The notes beneath the pieces are model-generated. The model did no database searches. It was given only the letters and a program-made list of their open reading frames with translations, and was not told the origin of the DNA. The translations under genes were made by a program, and so were the position numbers. Shown piece after piece: positions 19,851 through 30,700 of a DNA stretch of 64,000 nucleotides. Source of the stretch: Cyanophora paradoxa CCMP329 (lineage: Eukaryota; Plantae; Glaucophyta); contig QPMI01000409.1 in NCBI GenBank assembly GCA_004431415.1, positions 470,508 to 534,507 on the forward strand, in the 5' to 3' direction. Every line of letters starts with the position of its first letter. The first letter of the stretch is position 1.

Positions 19851-22800
19851 TCACTTCTTGGCGGCGACGGGGGTCTCGAGGATGCGGTCGATAACCGACG
19901 GGTCCTCCAGCGTCGACGTGTCCTGCCCCGGCCCGTCAGGCCCCCGGCCCCTCCCCGGCGCAGCGGGCCGGGGGCGCGCCTGCGTGATCGGCTGCCCCGC
20001 GGCGATGGCGCGCAGGATGCGGCGCATGATCTTCCCCGATCGCGTCTGCCGCGGCGCCCCGGGTCAGACCGCGTCGGGTCGGATCGCATCCGATCTGATA
20101 GGACGGGGGCGGGCCTTGGGGAGGCCGGGGACGGGCCGGATGACGTCGGCCGAGGCGATGGGGCCGATGCTCTTGCGGATGACCCCGTTCACCGCCTGCC
20201 CCGCCCCGCAAAGTCAGGCGGCGGAGGGCGGGCGACGGGGCGGGGCGGCGGCGGGCCTTGAAGACGGCGGCGTCGTCCTGGTCCTTGGCGGCGTCGCGCA
20301 GGACGACGAAGGCGTACACCGCCTCGCCCTGCGCCCCGCCCCCGCCTGAGGCGCGCCCCGGGGCGCCCCCGGCTCCTAGGGCGGACCTTGATGTCGTCGG
20401 GGCGGGGCACGACGGCGCACTCGGCGACGAGGGGCGACTGCTGGATCGCCGCCTCGATCTCGGCGGTGCCGAGGCGGTGGCCCGACACGTTGATGACGTC
20501 GTCGACGCGGCCCGTGATCCAGACGTAGCCCTCCGAGTCGTAGATGGCGCCGTCGCCCGAGAAGTAGACGGGGTGGCCCTCCTTCTTGGCCACCCCGAAG
20601 TAGCCCGCCTCGAAGCGCTCCGGGTTGCCCCAGATCGTCCTGCCGAGAGCTCGGCTCCGGGGCCGGGCCCCGAGGGCCGGCGCGGGGGCACCGGATCATG
20701 GAGGGCCAGGGCTTGGTGATGCAGAGGAGGCCCTTGTGGTGCGGCTGGCAGCGCACCCCGTTCTCGTCGAGGATCTCCGCCATGAGGCCCGGCAGCGGCA
20801 GCGTCGCCGAGCCGGGCTTCGTGGGGGTCACCCCCGGGAGGGGCGAGATGACGTGCCCGCCCGTCTCCGTCTGCCACCACGTGTCCACGATGGCGCAGCG
20901 GCCGGCCCCGATCTTCTCGTTGTACCACTTCCACGCCGCCGGGTTGATAGGCTCCCCGACCGTCCCCAGGACTGCCCCGCGGCGAATCCGGCGAGTTGGG
21001 CGGGGCGCGGGGCAGGCGAGAGGGGGGCGGGAGGGGTCCGGGGCGGGCGCACTGCGGAGGGAGGAGAGGTCGTACTTGGCGGGCTCGTCGGCGCCCACCT
21101 TGTTCAGCAGGCGGATCGCCGTCGGCGCCGTGTAGAACTGCGTCACCTTGTGCTGCGCCCCGCCCCGCGTCAGACCCGGCCCCGCCGGCGGCGGCGCCGG
21201 GGTCTCCGGCGGCGGGAGCGCGCCTGCTCGATCATGCGCCACCAGCGGCCGGCGTCGGGGTGCACGGGAACTCCCTCGTACATGATCGTCGTCCCACCGC
21301 ACGCCAGCGGGCCGTACACGCTGTACGTGTGCCCCTGCCCGCCCCCGCCTCAGCCGGGGCGCCCGCGCGGGGCGGGGCGGGACGGGCGGGGCGGGGCGCA
21401 CGGTGATCCAGCCGACGTCGGCGGTGCACCAGAAGACGTCGCCGCGCTCCGGGTGCAGGTCGAACACCCACTCCATCGTCATCTGCGCGGCGCCAGGCGG
21501 GCCGCCGCCGCCCCCGCTCAGCGGAGGGGAGCGGGGGGCCGGCAGGGCAAGGGGGGCGGGCCTGGGCCCAGAGGATGTAGCCGGCCTGGGAGTGCTGGAC
21601 GCCCTTGGGCTTGCCGGTGGAGCCCGAGGTGTAGAGGAGGAAGAGCGGGTCCTCGCTATCCATCTCCTCCGGCGCGCACTGGCGCACGCGACCCCGTCAA
21701 CAAGCGGAACGGCGAGTCGAACGGGCGAGGCCGCGGGGCCTCCGGGCATCCCCAGCCCTGCTCACCTGGTCGGAGACGGAGGGGGCGAGGTCGTGGAACC
21801 AGCGGTCGCGGCCCTCCTTCATCTCCACCGCCTCGCCGTTGCGGCGGAAGACGAGCACGCCCGTCACCACCGCCGCCGCCTCCTCCCGCTGCCGCCCGCC
21901 CCGTCGCCGGCCGCGCGGGCGGTGGAGGGGCGGGCGGGGGCGCGCGCACCGCGACGGCCGAGTCGCAGACGGGCTTGAGGGTGTACGGGCTGCCGCGCCG
22001 GTACGCCCCGTCCGCCGTCACCACCTGCGCCCCGCCGGCCCCGCGCCGTCGGGCCCGGCCCCGCGCGGCGGGCGGCGGCCGGCGGCGGCGGGGGGCGGGG
22101 CGGACGACTTTGGCGCCGGCGTCGGCGATGCGCTCAGCGAGGGCCTCGTCGGAGAAGCCGCCGAAGACTGCGCCGGCGCGCCCCGGGGCCCGGGGTCCGT
22201 GCGCTCGCAAAGCAGGCGAGAGGAGAGTGGGGCGGGCGGGGGGGGGGGGGGGGGGGGGGGCACCGACGGAGTGGACGGCGCCGATGCGGGCGCAGGCGAG
22301 CATCGTGAAGGCCGCCTCGGCGATCATCGGCATGTAGATCACCACACGGTCCCCTGCGCGCGCGCCGGCGCCCCTCAGAGCCCCGCGCCGCCCCCGCGCC
22401 GCCCCCACGGCCCGCCCGCTGACCCTTCTTCACGCCGAAGTGCGTCTTGAGCACGTTGGCGACGCGCGAGACCTGCGCGCGTGGATCAAATCAGCGATCA
22501 AATCCGCCTTGACGCGGGGATCGCGGGCGGGCGGGCCTCGCTCTGCAGCTCCGAGTAGCTGATCTGCGGGCGCCGGTCGGCGCGCGGCGCGCTTGCGCCG
22601 GCGCGTCGGTGGCACCTTGCGAACGTCGCCGTTCTCGCCCTCGAACAGGATCGCCGTGCGGTCCCCGAGGCCGTTCTGCGCCGGCGCCGTCGGCCGGCCG
22701 GCCGGCCCGGGCCGATCGCGCGCGCGCCGGGCGCACCGCAACGTGCCGGTCGATGCACTGGGCGGAGACGTTGAGCTTGCCGCCGTCGAACCAGCTGGGG

Positions 22801-23495
22801 CGGCGCCGTGGGCGCGGATCGGCGAGGCGGCGCCGGGGCGGCGAACCGGTAGAAGGGGGCCTTGGACTCGTCGAGCACGGTCGAGAAGGGCTTCATCCAG
22901 GTGATCTTCTCGTTCGCCATCTGGCCCCAGAAGCTGCGCCCCCGCCCCGTCAGCTAACCGCCACGTGCGCGCCGCGGCGGCCGGCGCCGGCGCGGACCCC
23001 TCGTAGTCCTCGTTGGCGAGCTCGCACAGAGCCCGGTACTGCTCGAAGCTGTGCACGCGCGCATCCCGCGCCACGTGCTCGGGCGGCTGGATGGAGGGCA
23101 CGTCGCCGATGATGTCCTCGCCCATCTCCGGCACGGCCTGGGCGGCGCGTCAGGCCGGAGAAATAGATAGTTGGCGATGTTTATGACATGAGCTAGTGGC
23201 CTGGCCGGCCTTCGGAGCCTAGCGCCGGCACTTTCGTCACCTTGACATCGAACGAGGAAACCGGAGGCGCGCTCTCGGCGAGGACACGGAAAGAGCGCTG
23301 ACAGCTGATCGAGGAGAACTGCCGGATCGGACGCAGGGCCTCGCCGGTGAAGAACCGGCGGCAAGTCGGCACAGCCCTCGCTGGCCGGCGAACCAGCGCC
23401 TGCGGGCTGCTGGCGTGCTCCTGAGCCACAGCATGGTGATCGGCGCGGCCGAGGCCGGCCACGGCGCCGGCCGCGCAGACGAACGTCGACGCCAT
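19851..23495 (-). CDS. acs: AMP-forming acetyl-CoA synthetase with a predicted plastid transit peptide (multi-exon)
   Basis: Motifs [29 protein letters not shown]|[33 protein letters not shown]|[12 protein letters not shown] and DTSTLEDP. First exon [15 protein letters not shown]...RRFFTG...[18 protein letters not shown] splices in phase 0 to [11 protein letters not shown]. Confidence 0.95.
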
Positions 23496-23638
23496 CACCC
23501 GGGGGTACGTGGTTTGTTTGTCCGTAGTGCGTACCCGCCGGAAGAGTCGAAAAGGCGACACTTTCACTTCGCCGCGTCGGAAGGCGAAAAGGAGCCGACC
23601 AGCAGCACGGCGCGCAGCGGCGCGTGCTGCGTACGGAT

Positions 23639-26600
23639 ATGGCGGAACTCTACGGCACGTTCGACAGCGAGGCGGGCGTGCGCGCGCTTCCGGGCGTCCC
23701 CATACCAGCTTCCCCAGGCAAGCGGAGGCGCTTCTTAGTTGCAGGCGTGGGTGCTGCATTCCTCGTACTCGTCGCCTGCGCCACCTTCGGCGCCCTACAG
23801 CCCAGCGCGGACCGCGCGGGAGTGCAGGCGCTCGGCAAACGCGGGAGCCCCACCGCGGGCAGCGCTGCAGGCGACCCACGGAAGCTCGGTTGGCTCGGTA
23901 CGCGAGATCCTCCCTAGCTAGGCACGATCCGGCCACAAGATCTACGAGCGCGTCCCCTGGCCGCCCGATCGCGTGACCCCCTCGCGCCGCGCAGCCGATC
24001 ATATGTCGCGAGCGATTGACAACAGGTGGGCTAGCTAGGAGCCATGCGGATGCGCTAACCTTGTTAGCTAACGTTGCGTCGAATCGACAACAGCACCGAT
24101 CCGTGCGACGATTTCTACGCGTACGCATGTGGGGGCTGGATCAAGAGCGCGGAGCTCCCTCCTGCGAGGCCCCAGTTCCAGATGAACGACGGCGCGCGCG
24201 CCGCCCCGCCCTGCGCGGCCGTGCAGCGCGTCCGTCCCCGGCGCTGACGCGCGGCGGGCGCCGCAGACATGATCCGCGAGCGCGTCATCGAAGTCCTGAA
24301 GGAGATCGTGACGGAGAACCTGCCGATCATCACGCCCCTGTACAAATCCTGCATGGACGAGGCCAAGATCGAGGCGCTCGGCGCCGTGCCCCTCCGCCCG
24401 TGGCTCGAGTCAGCCCGCCCGCCCGCCGCGCTCGCCGCGCGCGCGCTCTCGGTTGATCTGATCCGGCGTGGGCAGGGAGATCTGGGGCGCGGACGACAAG
24501 CGGGAGCTGCTGTACGTGATCGGGCGGCTGCAGACGGTGGGCGTGCAGGCCCTCTGGAGCTTCGACGTGCAGTTCGACTCGAAGAACCCGTGCGCCCCCG
24601 CCCGGGCCGGCCGGCCGCGCGCCGCCGCCTCGCGACGGTGCAGCGCCGGGGGCGCAGGGAGTACTACATCGCGATGCTGGAGCAGGGCGGCCTGGTCATC
24701 GAGGACGCGCGCATCTACGACGGGAAGGACGAGCTCTCGAAGGCGTACCTGGAGCACGTCACCCGCATGCTCGCCATCGTCCACCCCGAGATGTCTCCGG
24801 TGCCCCGCCCCGCCCCGTCCGCTCCTTCTTCTCGTCACACGGCGGCGGGGCCTCAGGAGGCGGTGGCGGCGCTGGCAAAGCGCGTGTACGACTTCGAGAA
24901 CGCGATCGACGACTGCTGGACCTCCCCCCGCAACTTCGACGCGCGCCCCGTCCTGCCGCGCCCCGCCCCGCCCCGCCCCGCCCCCCTCACCGCGGCGGGA
25001 CCCCCGGGCAGGACCCGTCGGCGTGGTACCACTACGTGGACATCTCGGGCCTGCAGGCGATGACGCCGGGGATCTGCTGGGACTGCTTCTTCCGCGGCGC
25101 TGGCGCCCGCGGCCGCGTCACCGAGCTCGTCCTCGACATGCCCCGCTTGTCCGCCCCGCCCGCCCCCCCCCCCCCCCCTTCTTCGCGCGGCGCCACCCGA
25201 CGCGGGGCGGCGGGGGGCAGCTTCCGGGCGATGGACGACCTGATCGCGATCACCGACCTGGTCACCCTCAAGCACTACACCTCCTGGCTCCTCGTGCGCT
25301 TGCACACTCGCGCCCCCTCGGACGCATGCACCGGCCGGTCCGGGGGGATTCTCACGGGCGCGGCGGGGGCGCAGATCAACAGCGCGGCGCCGCTGCTCTC
25401 GTCGGCGTTCGTGAACGAGCACTTCGACTTCTACGGGCGGCGGCTCTCGGGGCAGAAGGAGATGCGGCCGCGGGCGGACCGGTGCGTGCAGCTGGTGGAC
25501 GCGGAGCTGGGGCAGCTGATGGGCCACTACTTCGTGTACCGCGAGTTCCCCGAGGAGGCCAAGCGCGCCGCCCTGCGCGTGGAGGAGAGCGTCAAGCGCG
25601 CCTTCCTCAAGCGCCTCGACGGCGTCGAGTGGATGGACGAGGCCACCCGCCAGAAGGCCCGCCCGCCCGCCCCCCGCAGCCCCTTCCTTCCCTCAGCCCT
25701 CGCCCATCGTAGGCGCGGGCGAAGCTGGGGCTCATGCACGGGCGGATCGGGTACCCGGAGCGGTGGCCCAAGTTCGAGGGCCTCCTGGGCTCCATCCAGC
25801 CCACGGGCGACCTCCTCCTCGTCAACGCCTTCCGCGGTGCGCTCACAAGGCGCCGCCGCCCAGGCCCCGCGCCCCCGCCCGCGGCTGAGCCGGCCGCGCC
25901 GGGGCGCAGCGCGGCAGTTCCAGCTGCAGCTGAAGGTGGAGAAGATCGGGCGGCTCGGGGACCGGCAGCTCTGGTCCATGAGCGCGGAGACCGTCAACGC
26001 CTACTACGCCCCCGAGCAGAACACCCTCTTCGTCCCGGGTGCGCCCCCAGACCCCCCGCTCCCCCCGCCCCCCGCCCCCCGCCCCCCGCACGCCGCCGAC
26101 GCCGGCGTGGGGCGCAGCGGCGCAGATGCTGCCCCCCGACTTCGACCCGGGGTACCCCACCTCGGTGAACTACGGCTACCTCGGCGCCCTCATGGCCACG
26201 AGATCCTCCACGGCTTCGACGGTACCCCCCCCGCCCCCCCCCCCCCCCCCCCCCCCACACCCACCCGCGGCTTATCCCCCACTTCCAGACGAGGGCTCCC
26301 ACTACGACGAGTACGGTACCCTGACGCGCTGGATCGCCAAACCGATCATGGCCGAGTACGCGAAGCGATCCAAGGCCCGCCCGCCCCGCCCCGCCGCGCC
26401 CCGCCCCGCCCCGAGCTTTCCTGACAAGCGGCTGCGTGCGCGGCGCAGTGCGTGGTGAAGCAGTACGACAAGTGCGAGCTCTTCCCCGGCCACTTCGTCA
26501 GCGGGGAGCAGGTCCTCCGCCCCCCTCCCCTCCCCCACATCCCTAGATCTAACCCCCGCGCCAGACCCTCGCCGAGAATCTCGCCGACACCGGCGGCCTG

Positions 26601-27053
26601 AAGGCGCGCCCCCGCGCGCGCTCGCTTTTTAGAGCCTTGCCCCGTTCTTACACTCCGGCCCAGGTCGCCTACTGGGCGTACGTGGAGGAGGCGGGGGGCG
26701 AGGCGGTGGCGCGGGCGGCGTCGGGGATGCTGCCGGGGTACACGGACGAGCAGCTGTTCTTCCTGGCGTACGGGCAGAGCTGGTGCCAGGTGATCTCGCG
26801 GGAGCACGCGCTGGAGAACCTCGCGAACGACGAGCACGCCCCGCCCCCCTTCCGCACCAACGTCCCCCTCTCCACCTTCGCCGAGTTCCACCGCGCCTTC
26901 AAGTGCCCCCTCGGCTCCCGCATGCGCCCCGCCGACGCCGACCAGTGCAAGGCCCGCCCCCCGGCCCCCCGCCCCCCCCCCCCCCCCCCCCCCCCGCCCG
27001 CGATCGCTCGGCTGCGCTGACGCGGGGGCCACCGTGATCAGGTCTGGTGGTGA
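23639..27053 (+). CDS. Peptidase family M13 (neprilysin/endothelin-converting-enzyme-like), type II membrane protein; 1-nt frameshift just before HExxH
   Basis: N-terminal TM FLVAGVGAAFLVLVACATFGAL; PCDDFYAYACGGW; TVNAYYAP; HEILHGFD with HEILH at 26197-26211; TLAENLADTGGLK; QLFFLAYGQSWC; HAPPPFRTN; FKCPLGSRMRP...C|KVWW*. Confidence 0.92.
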
Positions 27054-27764
27054 GGCGCCATGGGGCCCAGGGAGGGCCCGCGGCGTCGTCCTGGCCGGCT
27101 GCCTCCGCAGCGCGCATCGCCCTCGTATCCCTCCCCCCTTCTCCAACCCTCGCCCCGCCCCTCCTCGCCTCGTCAACACCCCGCCTCCCCTCGTCTCCTT
27201 TTCCTTCCTGTATGCACTGTATGGACCTCTCCGAGTCTGATGGCCCGATTCCGTTTTATGCCCGGCTCTAGCGCTAGCTATCGTTCTGCTCGCCTGTATT
27301 AATACGTAATCGTAATTAGCCGTTTATGTGTTCAGCCTAGGCCTGGCAGCCTGAAACAAACGTGTACATTTCCTTTTTTCCGATGTTATTTTAATGCGAT
27401 GCCATTTTCAAGCGCTTCTGCAGCTATAGCTAGCGCTAGCGCTGCGCATATGCATGCAGCTGCATATGCGCACATCCGCATGCTGGCGTTTTCGATCGGC
27501 CGGCGCCGGACGTTGTGCGCATACACACCCCTCGCCGCGCGCAATCAAATTTGGACTCCGGACCCCGGGTACAGTGCCACATCGGGTACAGTGCCAATCG
27601 GGGCAACACCAGAGGCGCGCGCGCAGCAGCAGTTACCTTCATACTACAGCGCGAGACCACAGCTCGTGGCTTTACCGGTCTTGACGGTCTTTCTATAGCA
27701 GCTTCTCCAGCGGCGCGCAGCTGGCGGCATGAGCGAAGCGGAGCGATAGCGGACAGTCTTGGGG

Positions 27765-30700
27765 ATGAAGCCCCGGGAAAAGGGTCCGCGCCGCAGGGGC
27801 GCGGCCCTGACCTTCTTGTGCCTTTGCCTCCTGGCCGCTGCACATGCAGATCAAGAGGCGCTTCACCCAGCTGGGAGCCATGTAGATGTGCTCGGCTTAT
27901 CTGGGAGCGGCCGAGTGCTGCACAGCGCGTCCGTCGCGAGCATCAACTCCGCCGGCACCTGCAACCCCCTGAATGAGCCAGCTAATGCGTTCCCGCCTGT
28001 GCGCCTCGACACAAGACTAAAGGCCTTCGATGCGACGCCGATCAGGCCGTTTGCGCGAGGTGCGAGGCTCTGCGAGCGCCGCTTCCGCGGAGGGCGCCCC
28101 CGCTGACGTCTCAACCGCAGAGCGAACGGCCGTGCTCTTCAACGACACCGTCTACTTCATTGGCAGTCTAGCAGCAGATCAAGACTCTGTTTCAAAGGTC
28201 TTCTCGCTCCAGATGGTTGGGTGCGTGCCGGCCCTTTCCTTTTCTAGGCGCATGGCACTACGCGGGCCGCGTGCGCGCCGGGATATCGTGATAGAGACGC
28301 AAAGAGAAAGATTATGGCCGTGCTTTCATTGCCACTGACTGCGCCCGCGCAACTGCAGCTACGAGCAGCAGTACATCGCGTACGCGCAGCTGGCGCTGCT
28401 GACAAGCAACCGCGCGGATCCCCTCGCGTCTTTCTTCTCCGCGTCGACGACAGATCCGTCGCATCTGTACCAATCTTACTACCCGGAGCGGGCGCTGCGC
28501 CTCACGCTGGACGCGTTCTCTCCCCGGTGCGCCGCCGCGGCCCTGCGCGGCCTCGCCCCGCGGGCTCTCCTCACTGCCCCGCCCCGCAGGCAACTGTCGA
28601 CGGGCCTGCACCTCGCGGTGTGGTCAGAACCGGCGGAGGGGGGCGGGGACGCCCTGGCAGCGGACCTCCGCCTCTACGACCTCGAGAGGCGCAGCCTGCT
28701 GCAGGCGAGCCGCGGCGCGGCGCGGCGCCCGCCCCGCCCCGCAGCGCGTTGATGGCAGCGGCCGCCCGCAGCTGGACGTCGCAGAGCTGCCGGCGAACAC
28801 CTCGCGCACGCAGGGGGACGTGTGCGGCACGGGGTACGCGATCTTCCAGGAGGTGCGGTACGGGGCGGCGGGGGCGGGGGGCGGGGGGCGGGCGGTGGTG
28901 GAGTCGGCGGTGTACGTGTACACGCACGGGGCGGGGCGGCCGGAGGCGATGGCCTCGGCCAAGCGCCGCGCCACGTACCGCGCCCTCGCCCCCAAGTTCG
29001 ACGAGCACGTCGACCCCGCCATCGGTCCGTCTGCGCACCCCTTCCCCCGCCCCGACCGCCCCCCTCGACCGCCCCGCGGCGCCAGGCCACACCCAGTGCA
29101 CCTCCAAGTTCGGCTGCGGGGCCGTCGAGGAGGCCCTCGAGAGCGGTGCCGCCGGCCTGGGCGCCTCGCGCGCGGCGCCGGCTGAGCGGGAGGGGCGGTA
29201 GTGGGGTGCACGGCGGCGTGGCTGGAGACGGCGGCGGCGCTGGAGCTGAACGAGGACCTCACGACGACCCCCGCGGGGCCCCTCCTCCCCACCGACGTCT
29301 CCCTCCACCTCCTCCAGGCGCGCCGCCGCCCCGCCGCCGCCTCCCGCAGTCTCCGCCCTGACCCGCCGGCGTGGCCGCGCAGCTGCCCTCCCGCGAGAAG
29401 CGCGTCCTGGCGCCCCGCGACTATGCTTCGGGGGCGCACACGGCCCTGGTCTCGTACCTCATCTCGGAGGGGCACATCCTCATCGGTCCGCCCCCCCCAG
29501 CACGCGGCGCCGCCCTCGCCGACCCCCCCGCCCACCTGCACGCTCGGCGCAGTGCTCGCCACGCCCGACGGCTCCTCCTACGTGCTCCGACACTACCAGC
29601 TCTCCTCCCGCCTCTTCGCCGGTAGCCGGGCGCCCCCGCCGCCGGCCCCGCCCCCCCGCTCTGAGCCCCGGCGGCCGCGCAGACGTGCCCGGGAGCGCCT
29701 CGTCGGCGCCGCTGCGGCTGGCGGACTCGCACGGGGGCGGCTTCCTCGTCTGGCAGACCGGCCCGGGCGGCGCGCCGACCGCCCTGTACGCCCTCCACTT
29801 CTCCGCGAGCGAGGCCGACCCCTTCCACCGCCTCCTCTGCAAGGCCCGCCGCGCCGCCTGCCGCGCCGCCCGCCCCCCCCGAGGCGGCCGCGCAGGTGGC
29901 GGACTCGCCGGCCGCCTCGCCCTTCCTCTCGGCGACCCTCTACGCCGACACGGTCGTCTGGGCGCAGCGCGACGAGGCGGCGCGCCCCCGTGCCCCCCCG
30001 CCCTGTCGCGCGAGGCTGAGGGCGGGCCGGGGCGCGCAGGGGGCGGTGGCGCTGCAGCGGCTGGACCTGGACAAGGACAACGACGACGCGTGGGACGCCG
30101 TCGACGCCTTCCCGCTCCTCGGCACCGAGCAGTGGGACTCCGACAACGACGGCGCGCCGCCCCCCTCCGCCGCTCCCCTCCGCCCCCCTCTCACCTCGGC
30201 CGCGCGCGCGCAGGGGTCGGGGACAGCGAGGACCTGGTGGCGGCGACGGGCCCCTGCGTCATGGACCCTGTCCGCGGCGCCTGCTGGAGCGACTACAAGA
30301 TCCTCTGTGCGCAGCGCGAGGCCGCCCGGCGCAGCCACCGCCCCGCCCGCTCGCCCCGGGGCTGAGCGAGCGGAGCGCAGACCTCACGTGGGGCCTCGTG
30401 ATGGCGATGCTGATCCTGGGCACGGCGGCGGTGGTGGCGATCGAGGCGTGGTGGGAGCGGCACGTGGCCCGCGTCACGGCCGAGCAGCAGGCGATGAAGG
30501 AGGCGCGGGAGGCCGAGCGGCGCGCTAAGGAGGAGCGCCGCGAGCGGCGGCGGCAGCGGCGGCTCGAGCGGGCGCGGCGGCGGGCCAAGGAGCAGGGCGA
30601 GGCGCTCGCCTCGGTGGCGGAGGCGGGGGCGGACGACGGCGAGACGGAGGGGCGCCCGGGGGCGCCCGAGGCCGAGCCCGACATCCACGTCGTCGCCAAG

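Noticed and set aside
26190-26200. Frameshift just before the M13 HExxH motif as pseudogenisation or programmed frameshifting
   Set aside because: One missing G (ATG GC CAC instead of ATG GGC CAC) in an otherwise intact gene. Similar 1-nt losses in G/C runs occur across the window, so long-read consensus error is most likely.
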